From a virus (lineage: Duplodnaviria; Caudoviricetes), in IMG/VR virus record IMGVR_UViG_3300031159_000007, positions 1-25,961 of that record: a stretch of 25,961 nt of DNA; one strand, written 5' to 3'. Both the position numbers and the translations under genes were made by a program. The notes under the pieces were generated by a model. The model did no database searches, had not been told where the DNA came from, and saw only the letters and a list, made by a program, of their open reading frames with translations. This document shows, piece after piece, positions 8,101-17,268 of this stretch; positions within the stretch are counted from its first letter, which is position 1; each line of letters begins with the position of its first letter.

Positions 8101-10797
8101 ATCGTCGAGCTCCATCCCCCGCCGGTTGTTGATGAGGCCTGGCCGGTCCTTCGCGCGGCCGAGGATGTGGCGCACGTCGCCGCCTTCGTCCTTGAGGCCT
8201 CCGCGGCTCCGCAGGAAGTCGACCAGCCGCTCCGGTCGCTTGCGGCGCCGCATCTCCTGCACGAAACGCCAGGTGTCGATGACGCTTTCGCGCTCCTCAT
8301 CGGTGAGCTCCGCGAGCGGATCGACAGGGGGCCGCGGCGTCTCGGCCTCGCGCGCCGCGGCAGCCGCCTCGACGATCGCGCGATCGACGGCATCGGCAAC
8401 AGCCGTGCCGCCGCGGATAAGCCGCACAGCCTCGGCGCGGGCCAGCGGGTTGAGCTCGGGTAGTGGCCGCCCGTTGGCACGCGACCAGGCGGCCCATTTG
8501 TCGATGGCCCGCTCGGCCGCCACCTCGAGCGCCCGGTTGATGCGGGCCTCGAGCTCGCGCTCGAGCGCGGCCACCTGGGCCTGCGCCTCCGGTCCGCCGG
8601 GTACGTCGATGCCACGGGCGCCCCTCAGCGGCTCCTCGCGCGGCATGAGCCCGGCGAGCCCATCCCGCTCGACGATCTCGCGCACGGCATCGACGAAGTC
8701 CTGCGCCGCGGCCTTGACCTTCGTCCCGGCTTCGACGGCGCGCGCCGCCTCGTCAAGAAGATCCGACACGGGCCCGCCGCGCACGGCCAGGTCCTCCATC
8801 AGCGCCACCACCGCCTCGCCCGTCAGCGCCCTGTCCGCATTGGTCTCGATGGCGAGGCGGTTGCCGGCGGCCTCGATGCGCCGCGCCTCGCGGCTCAGCA
8901 CCGCGAAGATGCGGGCATCCTCGCGGAACAGCCGGATCGCGCGGTCGAGCACACGCGCGCGCTCGGCCACCAGTGCCCGCCGGTCGGCGCCGAGGATGGT
9001 GCGCTGCGCCTCCGCGCGGGCGCCGATCTGCATGAGGTCGGCCACCATGTGCCGCGCCTCGCGCACGTTCTTCGGCTCCGCTTCGATCAGCTGCCGGATG
9101 AGCGCCGCATGCTGGGTGCGGTCCCGCACGAGCTCGCCCACCACCGCCGCATGGTTCGGGGCGATCTCGCCATTGATGACGGCGGCGAGCGCCTCGTCGG
9201 AGAGCTTTGCCAGCGCCCGCGCCTGGCGCATGGCCTCGGTGCCGAGCGGCACGGAGCTGTCGAGAATGCCCGGCCTCTCGCGAATGACGCGCGCCGCGTC
9301 GATCACGGTGCCTGAGCCTTCCTGCAGGTTCTTCTTCGCAGCAAGCGCCCTGACATCCGATGGTGTCCAGCCATCCGCCTCGCGGAACACCACAGCCTGC
9401 ATCGTGATCGGCTCGTGACCTTCCGCCTCGAGGCGGCGGGCGAGCGAGAGCCTTTGATGCCCGTCGGCGATCACGAGCGTGCCGTCTGCGCGCTCGAACA
9501 CGATGATGCGGCCGGCCGCCAGCGGATCCCACTGGCGCACGCCGGCGAGCCGGCCGGTCGCGCCTTCGGCATCCCCGCCGGCCTTGAACTGGAAGGTTGC
9601 CGCGTCGGTGACGAGCTCGCCGGCGCGCACCTCGCGAAACGTCACCGGCTTGCCGTCCATGCGGAAGCGGGCTGGCGGTGCCGGCGCATCGTCCGCGAGC
9701 GACCGGGCCGTCGCCTCGGGCACCGGGTCCGGCCGCATCGGCGGCGGCTCGATGGGGTCCTCCGCGGCACGGAGCGCCTGGGCCAGCGCCGCAAGGCCGT
9801 CGCCCCGGTCGGTTAGCGGGGGCGTCGGCCGGGCGATCTCGGCCTCGATCTCGGCCGCTTGGGTAGCGCCGCGCACGGCCGGATCATCAGCGGCGCCCGT
9901 CTCGCGCGCCAGCCGCTCGAGCGCCTTGAGGTCGCCTTCGGCCGCCTTGCGCACCGTCGAGCTCTTGCCCATGCGCCGCGCTGCGTCGTCCAGCGCCTCG
10001 TCGGGCCGCCGCCAGCGCACAACGTTGCCTTCCGCGTCGAGCTCCGGCACCCGGCCGCGAAAGCGCTGCACGCCGCGGAAAGTGCCGCGCACGCCGACGT
10101 CGACGCCAAAGCCGAAGGCGGTGGCAACGGCGACATTCCAGGCCGCCTCGCTGAAGCCGTGATCGAGACCCGCCTCGGCCCGCCAGCGCTGCACAAATGG
10201 CTGCGCGACAGCCTCGACCCCGGCGTTCGCGACCGCCTGTTTGACGCCCATCCACACGACCTGCGCCGCACCGACGCCGACACGTCCCATCGGCCCGAGG
10301 AACAGCGTCGCGACGTTGAACGGGTCCTCGAAGCTCGCGCGGAAGCCGCCGGCGAAAGCAGCCCACCATCTCCAGCCAGCCGGTGCGCGAGCATAGACGT
10401 CCTGAAACCGCGCATCGACCTGGCGAGCCTTCTCGCGCGCGTCCTCGCGCGGCGAGCGGTCCGGCTGGATCGTCTCGATATGCTGCGGGAACTGCTCGGC
10501 CAGCCGTTTCAGCTCGCTGTCGAAGTGCTCGAACGGATCGACCACGGGGAGCTCGAACTCGCCGGCGGAGGAGCCTACGGCCGAGCGGTAGGGGTTCTCG
10601 AGCTCGATCCCAATGGCGCGCTTGATTGCGTCGATGCGGCGGTCGTAGGCCTCCTCGGTGCCGCGCCAGGCCGCGTTGACGTTGTCGACATAGCGGCCGC
10701 TCTCGACCGCCGCGTCGAACACGTCGGCGAGCGAGGCGGTCGGCTCCGGGCGCGCCGCCGTGAACACTCCGATGCTGGGCTTCTCGGCAAGCATCAA
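5176..10797 (-). CDS. Large polyvalent internal virion/ejection protein (1873 aa): ParB-like domain, two HExxH zincin-like domains (second is LPD23-like), C-terminal HTH repeats
   Basis: IIVFERADGTLVIADGHQR (ParB/Srx-like); LLHELGH at 7351-7365; IWQATGWFRGADGLWRFEIPD...HPLLWEAYPEL...LLHELQH...AGEVEARNVERR (LPD23-like); four HTH-like segments near the C-terminus. Lies between two ejection genes with overlapping start/stop codons. Confidence 0.8.
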   Translation of the reverse strand: MMLAEKPSIGVFTAARPEPTASLADVFDAAVESGRYVDNVNAAWRGTEEAYDRRIDAIKRAIGIELENPYRSAVGSSAGEFELPVVDPFEHFDSELKRLAEQFPQHIETIQPDRSPREDAREKARQVDARFQDVYARAPAGWRWWAAFAGGFRASFEDPFNVATLFLGPMGRVGVGAAQVVWMGVKQAVANAGVEAVAQPFVQRWRAEAGLDHGFSEAAWNVAVATAFGFGVDVGVRGTFRGVQRFRGRVPELDAEGNVVRWRRPDEALDDAARRMGKSSTVRKAAEGDLKALERLARETGAADDPAVRGATQAAEIEAEIARPTPPLTDRGDGLAALAQALRAAEDPIEPPPMRPDPVPEATARSLADDAPAPPARFRMDGKPVTFREVRAGELVTDAATFQFKAGGDAEGATGRLAGVRQWDPLAAGRIIVFERADGTLVIADGHQRLSLARRLEAEGHEPITMQAVVFREADGWTPSDVRALAAKKNLQEGSGTVIDAARVIRERPGILDSSVPLGTEAMRQARALAKLSDEALAAVINGEIAPNHAAVVGELVRDRTQHAALIRQLIEAEPKNVREARHMVADLMQIGARAEAQRTILGADRRALVAERARVLDRAIRLFREDARIFAVLSREARRIEAAGNRLAIETNADRALTGEAVVALMEDLAVRGGPVSDLLDEAARAVEAGTKVKAAAQDFVDAVREIVERDGLAGLMPREEPLRGARGIDVPGGPEAQAQVAALERELEARINRALEVAAERAIDKWAAWSRANGRPLPELNPLARAEAVRLIRGGTAVADAVDRAIVEAAAAAREAETPRPPVDPLAELTDEERESVIDTWRFVQEMRRRKRPERLVDFLRSRGGLKDEGGDVRHILGRAKDRPGLINNRRGMELDDAARLAHEHGFLPGVERPTINDLLSAIDEDLRGTMVVRQADRELLDDFLIAEQMEADLGRLGLDDAKTEEDLRQRLRDAAAEGREGLGGDQARAGRPEDQASLDEPPFAVGDIETRGEWDLALAQGRPAQVAAEVVEATRAALGAVRDQVPEGWRVGVLQAAEPLPSGRSRFIFADLDGKRFSLNANWAQFRGKRAAVFNAGRAILIFQLGWPRRRPLRDDLDRPILDELPEVLDIGAAELVGRLLHELGHIRIDATLRSALSRHAEALRILDLEWNDFASLIGRDDLVVDGYRRTLREIYAEQYSTRPNRDDLMAEEAIMHMVELIHHGAISPRLVAPIQPLLEELFSADGGEFIGRRMAASETAPAFAFHNFHGSPRDRFAMAGPLARNADLARLEAAQVMENAGRTAFEIWQATGWFRGADGLWRFEIPDRDARLKMRAEKVAKGQFATKVIEGRADEILDHPLLWEAYPELRRVRVTLMHDRRLGRRGATMERPREIHVRAPSAKQARLTLLHELQHLIQRRENFARGGSPGYMALWVRKAIEDLDREAAAITEQLEALEATIAPFDPASAVHWRASLLEQLGTLLYERDQLERTRGKILYLKLAGEVEARNVERRSRMRREERLAASPEMTEDVPRAEQIIRKDVKGPQLAEDWEEALWEELTRRTHALEQARERAEQRPVVQRRARSEVEIEADRLAQAFRDFEEKLAGEGLSAAEIAAAMTRHFGVEVDADAVARRMVWWRIDEVLKADRRAGRIPERPATPPPRKSVGFGLSKEERAMARDMVRAGQSVIEIARALTEKRGSYVSVAAVSQTVGPEGIDRALAPTEHAVAAPDLAGLTAREVAERLSERLGRPVTPRAVYRARDRAKQKGIKLPPLSDPRGPRQPHGRRPTWLNEGKFEWTPEALAMLTREDLAGMTAAELADLLSQTFGGRLTANAVRLRRSKLARELEEADRATELKDTVEACKL

Positions 10798-13019
10798 TCC
10801 CCCCCGAGGTAGAGATCCGGCCGGCGCCGGCGCAGCGTGTCACGGAGTGCGTTGAGATCGAGCACGAAAGGCTGGCTGCCCTTCATCACGAACTGCGGAT
10901 CGTCCTCGAGATCACCGAGGGCGAGCCAGTATCGGGCCGGACCGACGGTCACCAGCCGCGCCCGGCGCAGCGTCGCCATGCTGAGCGGCGTGCCATCGCC
11001 GGCGGACGGCACGGCGCCGAACGGGTCGATCAGGTCCTCGGGCTTGATGGTGTCGATGAGCTCGCCGAAACGGTCGCGCTTCACGTCCGGCGGCACCACG
11101 ACGGGCGCGCCCGTGCCGAACCCGAACCAGCTGCGGTCCTGGTAGTAGATGCCGCCGTAGGTCTCGCCGGCCACCTCGTGCTCGCCGAGCGCCTCGCGCA
11201 GGCCGCGGCCCCACAGGTCGGCGTCGAAGTCGGTGAGCCCTTGCCGGCGCGCGCGGATCTCATAGGCGGCGTTGGCAATCGCGATCGCCGCCGCCTCGGT
11301 GCGCGGCAAGGCGGTGAGCGCTTCGCCAATGGCGTCCGCCCGGGCTTGAGCAATCCGTCGGCCCGTCGGCGTCAGGGCCGTGAAGCCCTCCGTGCGCTTC
11401 AGCGCCAGGCCGTCCGCGGCGTCGCGCGCAAGGTCCGTCGGGCCGGCCGAGGCCACCAGGCCGCCCAGCATCGCAACCGCCGGCGCATTCTTGCCTAGCT
11501 CGGCCATGATGGCCTCGGCGTGCTCCGGCACCGCGCTCGCCACGGCGCCAGCGAGCATCAGCGTCTGCGCGCCGCCCTCGGCCATCAGATTGCCGAGCAG
11601 CCGGGCCTCGTCTGGGCGCAGGTACTGCGCGGCCTCGCCGTAGTGCGCGGCGACCTCCTCGGCCTGCGCCACCCGCGCCTTGAGCGTGGCGGCCGTCGTT
11701 TCCTCGCTCGAGAAGTCGAGAGGAGCCACGGTGATGAGGCCGACGCGCTCGGCCCAGCCGAGCGGATCGGCTTTCAGCTCCTTGCGCGCCTCCTCGGCCA
11801 GCTTGTCGGCAAGCTCGATCCGCGCCACCAGGTGCTCGCTGGCGCCGCTTTTCGCGGCCTCGGCGCGCATGGCGCGCGCGATCGTGTCGATCTCGTCAGG
11901 CCTCCGCTGCCGGAGCTCAGCTTGCAGCTGCCAGAGATCCTCAGCCTGGGCGAGCTCGGCGGCAAGCTCCGGCGCCCTGTCGGCCGCCTCCTCCACGCGC
12001 GCCTTGAGGCCGGCGAGCTGGTCCGGCGGCACGGCGTAGCCCTTCTCGAGCACGCGCGCGACGCTCTTGACCTCCTCGCGCAAGGCCCTGGTCGCGACGG
12101 AGGCCTCGGCCCGATCCGCCCTGAGCCGTCCCTCGAGCGTGCCACGCAGGGCCCGGAAGCCGCCGAGATCGAACTCCTTGGCGAGCCCGCGGCTCGCCGC
12201 GAAGTCCTCATCGAGCTGCGCGATAAAACGCTCCTTGGCCTCGAGTGAGGGCAGACGCTCGAAAGCGCCCAGGAGCCGCGCCGTCGCGATCTGCTCGCGC
12301 GCTGTCGCCATCGCCTTGGCCGCTGCCTCCGGGGAAACGAGACGCTTGCCGGTCACGTCCGTCCGCTCGAGCGCGCGGGCGAGCTGGGCGAGGTCATTGG
12401 CCAGCACCGCATCGGCCTCTTCATCGAGGCCGAGGGCGTAAGCCCGTTGGTGGATAGCCTTGATGCCTTCGCCGAGCTCGGTGTCCAGCGCCGCACGCTG
12501 CTCGGCGGCGATGCGGGCGGCCTGCTGCCGCGCGATCTCCCGCATGTAGGCGAGGCGCTTGCCCTGCATCAGGAGCTGTAAGCCTGGCCTCAGCTCCTCG
12601 GGCGCATTCGCGAGCCAGGTGCGGGCCTTGCCGTCGAGCACCCGGGCGAGCTCGTCGGGATCACCCTGCAGCTTCTGATACGCGGCGGCAAAATCCGCTT
12701 CGATTTCCTGCCTCAGCCGCGTCTCGGCCACCTGCAGGCCGGCGCGATCATAGGCCTCGCCGCGGATCGTAAGCGCCCGCGTCGGCCGGAACTCAGGATC
12801 GAGGCCGGCAAGGCGGCCGGCGCGCTCGCCCTCGACCGCCGCCGCATGATCCGCGAGCGCGCCGATCTTGGCACCGAGACCTGCGAGGTCCGAGGCGACG
12901 GAATGAAGTGCGCGGTCGGCGCCGGAAGAGGGCAGCGGGCGGATGTCCGTCTCGACGCGCGACCGCGCCTCGATCTCATTCGCCACGCGCAACAGGCCTC
13001 TCATGCGATTGTCAGCCAT
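10794..13019 (-). CDS. Internal virion / ejection protein (741 aa)
   Basis: Ala/Glu/Arg-rich helical ORF directly after the nozzle gene and overlapping both neighbours; function assigned by synteny. Confidence 0.7.
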   Translation of the reverse strand: MADNRMRGLLRVANEIEARSRVETDIRPLPSSGADRALHSVASDLAGLGAKIGALADHAAAVEGERAGRLAGLDPEFRPTRALTIRGEAYDRAGLQVAETRLRQEIEADFAAAYQKLQGDPDELARVLDGKARTWLANAPEELRPGLQLLMQGKRLAYMREIARQQAARIAAEQRAALDTELGEGIKAIHQRAYALGLDEEADAVLANDLAQLARALERTDVTGKRLVSPEAAAKAMATAREQIATARLLGAFERLPSLEAKERFIAQLDEDFAASRGLAKEFDLGGFRALRGTLEGRLRADRAEASVATRALREEVKSVARVLEKGYAVPPDQLAGLKARVEEAADRAPELAAELAQAEDLWQLQAELRQRRPDEIDTIARAMRAEAAKSGASEHLVARIELADKLAEEARKELKADPLGWAERVGLITVAPLDFSSEETTAATLKARVAQAEEVAAHYGEAAQYLRPDEARLLGNLMAEGGAQTLMLAGAVASAVPEHAEAIMAELGKNAPAVAMLGGLVASAGPTDLARDAADGLALKRTEGFTALTPTGRRIAQARADAIGEALTALPRTEAAAIAIANAAYEIRARRQGLTDFDADLWGRGLREALGEHEVAGETYGGIYYQDRSWFGFGTGAPVVVPPDVKRDRFGELIDTIKPEDLIDPFGAVPSAGDGTPLSMATLRRARLVTVGPARYWLALGDLEDDPQFVMKGSQPFVLDLNALRDTLRRRRPDLYLGGD

Positions 13020-15954
13020 TGTGCGCGACCTCGTACCTGATCGCTTTGATCTCGAGCGGCGCCGGCACGCTCTGCCGGAAGCGGATGCGCGGATGCCGCG
13101 ACCAGCCGCGCAGGTTCTGCAGCTTGACGTCGCCCGTCACGAGCCGCTGCATCAGCGGCAGATCGGGGCTGTAGCCCGTCTCGCTCTTGGCAAGCTGGTC
13201 AGCATCCACGACGCCGCCGTCCATGAAGGTCAGCGGCACCTCGCGGAAAGCGCCGCCGTTGACGGAGATCTCGAGGTGCCCCGTATCAGCGAGGCTCAGC
13301 TCCAGCTCGTAGATGCGCGCCGGCGGCCGGAAGGGGCGGCTGTTCGTGAGCTTCTCGCGCAGCTTCTGCAGGGCACCCTCGACACGCGGGCCGAGCCCGA
13401 CCGTCACGTTCAAGCTCGCCTGCTCGATGGTGATGCTGCCGTTTTCGACCGTGTACGGACCGAGCAGCTCGTCGTCCGCATAGGCCCACACGGCCTTGCC
13501 TTCGAGATGGTCGAGGTTCGGGATGACGGTTTGAGGGCTGCTGAAGCTGTAGTGGGTCGCCGCGTCGAGGAGACCTTCCTCGTCGCGCGTCTCGAGGTAG
13601 AGATCGGCGCCGTCGGCGCTTTCGCGCTCGACGGCCGCAACCACGCGGAAGTCCGGCGTCGCCACGATCGCCCGGAACTTGCCGTCGGTGCGGTGCGGCT
13701 GGAAGGCGATCACCTCCTGGCTGCGGAGCAGCACCAGAAGCACCAGGCTGCCGTCCTCCTGCACCATGAAAATCAGGTTGCCTTCGGACGTCGACAGTGG
13801 TGGCCGGTGCGCCATGTCGACCACGCCCGTCAGCAGGTGCGGAGCGAGGAGCGACAGTGGTTCGGCCTGGTAGATCACGCGGCCATCGGTGTCGGTGATG
13901 CCGATCCTGAGATCGCGCAGCACGCGGCCGCCCTTCTGGATGTAGAGCGTGCCGTCATCCACGAGCGCCATCGGCACGGCCGCTTCGATGCCGTAGCCGA
14001 CCGCGCGCACCGCATTCTGAGGCTGCGTGGCATCGAGCGTGCGCGCCTCGATGTACCAGGCGCTGCTGTCCGTCAGCAGCTGCAGATGGGTGCCGACGAA
14101 CACGTCGAGGATGGTCTCGATCGTGTCCGTGTCCAATGTGCGAAAGAAGCCGAGATCCGCGGTCAGCGGAGAGCCGGTCGAAATGAAATCGTAATAGTCC
14201 GCGACCCTAGTGACCCCCCAGGTCTGCGGCGCCGCCCGGAAGCCGCCTACCAGCAGCCGTGACTGCACGAAGCCGCCGCACCTCGGCCAGCCAGTCCTGG
14301 CTCCGAAGAGCGGCCCGTCGGCGTCGAGACCGCGTTGCACGGTGCGAGGCTGGGGCTCGACGTCGTCCCGCCCCAGCACCTGGGCCGTCAGCGCCGGCCA
14401 GGCGCGGGCGCCATTGGCGCCGGAGAACTGCACGCGCACTGCGGGTGCGCTGCCGGCGACAAGGCTGACAGCGAGGCCGGACCCGTCGACGCCCGGCAAG
14501 GCATCGAGCGCCGAGGCGACGTCCGACGCGAACGATCCAGTGCCCGTGTAGGTGAGCGGCGCCGTGACGAGATCGCCGAGCCAGAGCACGTAGCTGTCTC
14601 CCGTCTCGAGGCCGGGAATGGCGAGCTCCTTCACCTCGTCCTCGTCGCCCGAGAAGGCGGTGCCTGCGTTGAGCGACGGCACGTTGCCGAACGGCGCCGT
14701 CTCGACATGCCACTCGTCATCGGCCCCTTGGCGCACGATACGCACCGTTGGCACGTCCTCATGGAACAGGAGCACGGTGTCGAGCGAGCCAGCGGCGTTG
14801 ACCTCGGCGATCTGGTGAGATGCAATAGGCACCGGGATCGAGGCGAGGTAGCGCTGACCGCGGAACACGTCGATGTTGCGATCGGTGAGCACGAGTTCGA
14901 AGACCTTCTCGCTCGAGCGGCCGAGCGAGAAGATTTTGACTGGCGACAGCTGGCGCTTCTCCGCCCACAGCCGGATGCCGGTCACGTTGACGGTTCCGAT
15001 GCCAGCCGCGTCCTTCACCACCACGCGCCAGTTTTGCGCTGACACGGGCTGCCCGGCCGGCCCGCCGGGCCATTCGCCAAAACGGCGCGTCCGTCCGAGC
15101 AGAAAGTCCACGCGGGCGTAGGTCTTGACGTAGTTGCTGAACGACCCTCGCGGCGGCGGGCTGGTGTTCACCCAGCGCGTGCCGGCGTTCGTGGCGCCAC
15201 CCGTGACGACAACGGTCGACTTGTAGATCTCAGCCGCGCTGTCGGCATCCGTTGCGCGCGACCAGTTGCTGCTCGACGTGTTATAGATGCCGTTCTGAGT
15301 TGGGTTGTCCTGGTTTTTCACAAGGACGCGACTGTTGCTCGTCAGCACCCCGTCGATCGTCTGCTCGCCAGACAGCTCCACGTTATCCGTGGTGGCCAGA
15401 TCCACCGGGTTGCGCTCGGTGTACCCTGTCGTTCGGATATTGCGCCGCGTACCGAGCTCCGGCTCGATCGCGCCCTGCATCTCGATCCAGGCCGACCCGT
15501 CCCAGTATTCGACGGCGAGCACATCGTCCTTGCCGGCCGTGCCGGCGTAAAAGCCGATCACGTCGAAGAACACCACCTCCCGCGGTGCACCCAGATCGAC
15601 CTCGAGCACCACAAAGGGCGAGCCGCTCACCTGATCCGTCGTGAACACGGTCGTGGGGTCCTGATCGACCAGGTTCGCCGCCGTGCCGCCGTTGTGGGCG
15701 GTGATCATGTCCGACGTGACGTGGATGGGCTCGATGCGGCGCCGGAGACGCCGCTTGCAGCCAGCCGCGAGAACATCGGGATCGGACAGCAAACACCAGC
15801 CGGCCCGGCGCTTCACGCCGCCCTGAGGCCGGCTTTCGAGGTTTTCGGCCTCGGCGAGGCTGTCGTAGTAGTGCTTGAGGTCGATGCGCTCGGACAGCGC
15901 CGGATCCAGCACGCCTTTCGTCAGCGCATTGATGAGATCAGCCGTGCGTGCCAT
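13012..15954 (-). CDS. Tail nozzle / tail tubular protein B (T7 gp12 / P22 gp10-like) with inserted domains
   Basis: N-terminal GVLDPALSERIDL..Y...AENLESRPQGGVKRRAGW, then GWPRCGGFVQSRLLVGG, LYIQKGGRVLRDL, LSLLAPHLL, HLEGKAV and C-terminal RQSVPAPLEIKAI, all typical of podovirus nozzle proteins. Confidence 0.88.
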   Translation of the reverse strand: MARTADLINALTKGVLDPALSERIDLKHYYDSLAEAENLESRPQGGVKRRAGWCLLSDPDVLAAGCKRRLRRRIEPIHVTSDMITAHNGGTAANLVDQDPTTVFTTDQVSGSPFVVLEVDLGAPREVVFFDVIGFYAGTAGKDDVLAVEYWDGSAWIEMQGAIEPELGTRRNIRTTGYTERNPVDLATTDNVELSGEQTIDGVLTSNSRVLVKNQDNPTQNGIYNTSSSNWSRATDADSAAEIYKSTVVVTGGATNAGTRWVNTSPPPRGSFSNYVKTYARVDFLLGRTRRFGEWPGGPAGQPVSAQNWRVVVKDAAGIGTVNVTGIRLWAEKRQLSPVKIFSLGRSSEKVFELVLTDRNIDVFRGQRYLASIPVPIASHQIAEVNAAGSLDTVLLFHEDVPTVRIVRQGADDEWHVETAPFGNVPSLNAGTAFSGDEDEVKELAIPGLETGDSYVLWLGDLVTAPLTYTGTGSFASDVASALDALPGVDGSGLAVSLVAGSAPAVRVQFSGANGARAWPALTAQVLGRDDVEPQPRTVQRGLDADGPLFGARTGWPRCGGFVQSRLLVGGFRAAPQTWGVTRVADYYDFISTGSPLTADLGFFRTLDTDTIETILDVFVGTHLQLLTDSSAWYIEARTLDATQPQNAVRAVGYGIEAAVPMALVDDGTLYIQKGGRVLRDLRIGITDTDGRVIYQAEPLSLLAPHLLTGVVDMAHRPPLSTSEGNLIFMVQEDGSLVLLVLLRSQEVIAFQPHRTDGKFRAIVATPDFRVVAAVERESADGADLYLETRDEEGLLDAATHYSFSSPQTVIPNLDHLEGKAVWAYADDELLGPYTVENGSITIEQASLNVTVGLGPRVEGALQKLREKLTNSRPFRPPARIYELELSLADTGHLEISVNGGAFREVPLTFMDGGVVDADQLAKSETGYSPDLPLMQRLVTGDVKLQNLRGWSRHPRIRFRQSVPAPLEIKAIRYEVAHNG

Positions 15955-15962
15955 GGCTCACG

Positions 15963-16538
15963 TCACCCCCGCCGCGCGATGTCGATGCCGAAGCTCGCTC
16001 CGGTGGTGAGCGCCTTGGCGCCGGAGGCGAAGAACTCCATGCCGCCGCTGGTCTGGAACTGACGCGCCCGCGCCAGTGCCTGCGCCCGGCGGATGCGCGC
16101 GTTCTGGCGCTCTATGGCCGTCTCGAACTCGGCCTGGCGCTCGAGATCGCGCTCGACCTCGAGGCTCGACGATATGTCGAGACCCGAGGCAGCAAAGGCG
16201 ACGCGCGCCGCGCCGATCTTCTTGACGAGATCGCGCTTCACCCTGAGCGCCGCCTCCTCGCTTGCGAGGATCTCCTGATCGGCCTGGATGCGCGACAGAG
16301 CCGCATTGGTCTGCACCTCAGAGAACGCGGCCATTCCGCCGGCGAGGGTGGAAAGGATCGAGCCCGCCGTGGCTATTCCCTGCAGCACGGACAAGGCGGT
16401 CGAGGCGCCGGTCGCCACGGTCGATGTGACGCCGGCGGCCGTCGTCACCGTCGTCGCCCACGTGGCTGCAGACGCCGCGCCCGCGGCAGTAGCACCGCCG
16501 CCCAATGCCGAGAACAGACCGATCGCGAGCTCAGCCAT
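15963..16538 (-). CDS. Small internal virion/ejection protein (T7 gp14-like position)
   Basis: ATG at 16538 overlaps the adaptor stop (TGATG). Gly/Ala/Thr-rich hydrophobic N-terminus, RVAFAASGLDISSS motif, coiled-coil C-terminus. Confidence 0.7.
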   Translation of the reverse strand: MAELAIGLFSALGGGATAAGAASAATWATTVTTAAGVTSTVATGASTALSVLQGIATAGSILSTLAGGMAAFSEVQTNAALSRIQADQEILASEEAALRVKRDLVKKIGAARVAFAASGLDISSSLEVERDLERQAEFETAIERQNARIRRAQALARARQFQTSGGMEFFASGAKALTTGASFGIDIARRG

Positions 16539-17143
16539 CACCACCTCACGTCGATCAGCGGGTTCTCACCCTCGGAAAGCACCGGCGAGGGCGAGGCCAT
16601 GTCGTTGAGCGCGCGCGCCTCGGCGAGCTTGCCGCCGTGGCCCTGCATCTGCGGCGGACCGAAGGCCTCCTCGAGCAGCGTGCTGCGCAGCACCCGATCC
16701 TCGCGCACGGCAAGCGCAAATTCGGCCATCAGCACCAGGACGACGAGCGATCGGAAATAGCCGGGCCAGTAGACGGGCGGCGTCGCCTTCTGGAACTTTA
16801 GCCAGATGGCCTCGGCATTGGTCCTGATCTGCCGGTCCTCGAACAGCTCGTAGTCCGTGAACGGGCGTGCCCAGTCGGGCCGGTTGTAGACGGCGCGTGG
16901 AGAGCCGAGCATTTCCGCCGGAAGCTCGTAGGCATAGGCCCAGTGCTGATCGGGCTGGGTCTGCAGCCGGTTGAGCTGGCGAACTTGCGTGTTGAAGTGC
17001 CAGGGGTGCCTGGTGAGGAGGTCCTCGACCACATCCTGATAGGTGGCGATCTGCGTCTCGGCCCCCGGCGCGCTTTCGTTCCCCAAAGGATCGGCGCCGA
17101 TCCTGACCAGCGCCCGGTCGATGAGTTGAATGCGTGTGGTCAT
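16538..17143 (-). CDS. Tail adaptor / tail tubular protein A (T7 gp11-like)
   Basis: IDRALVRIGA...LLTRHPWHFN...WAYAYELPAE...WPGYFRSLVVLVLMAEFA motifs; 201 aa; lies between capsid and nozzle genes. Confidence 0.88.
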   Translation of the reverse strand: MTTRIQLIDRALVRIGADPLGNESAPGAETQIATYQDVVEDLLTRHPWHFNTQVRQLNRLQTQPDQHWAYAYELPAEMLGSPRAVYNRPDWARPFTDYELFEDRQIRTNAEAIWLKFQKATPPVYWPGYFRSLVVLVLMAEFALAVREDRVLRSTLLEEAFGPPQMQGHGGKLAEARALNDMASPSPVLSEGENPLIDVRW

Positions 17144-17166
17144 CTCTTCGGGCTCTCGTAGTTGTT

Positions 17167-17207
17167 GCGGCGCCGGTGCCGGGGCTAGGCGGGGTCACCG
17201 GCGCCGC
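17167..17207. other. GC-rich intergenic stem-loop (12-bp stem)
   Basis: gcggcgccggtg (17167-17178) is the exact reverse complement of caccggcgccgc (17196-17207). No T-tract follows on the coding strand. Confidence 0.55.
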
Positions 17208-17268
17208 TCTCCGCCGCTGGCTCAAGGGGGAAAAAGCTCGGCGGATATGCTGGCCGGCGTGTCCGGCC

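Noticed and set aside
10794-13019. Expected peptidoglycan hydrolase domain in an ejection protein
   Set aside because: I could not recognise a lysozyme, transglycosylase or peptidase motif by eye, and absence cannot be asserted without a profile search.
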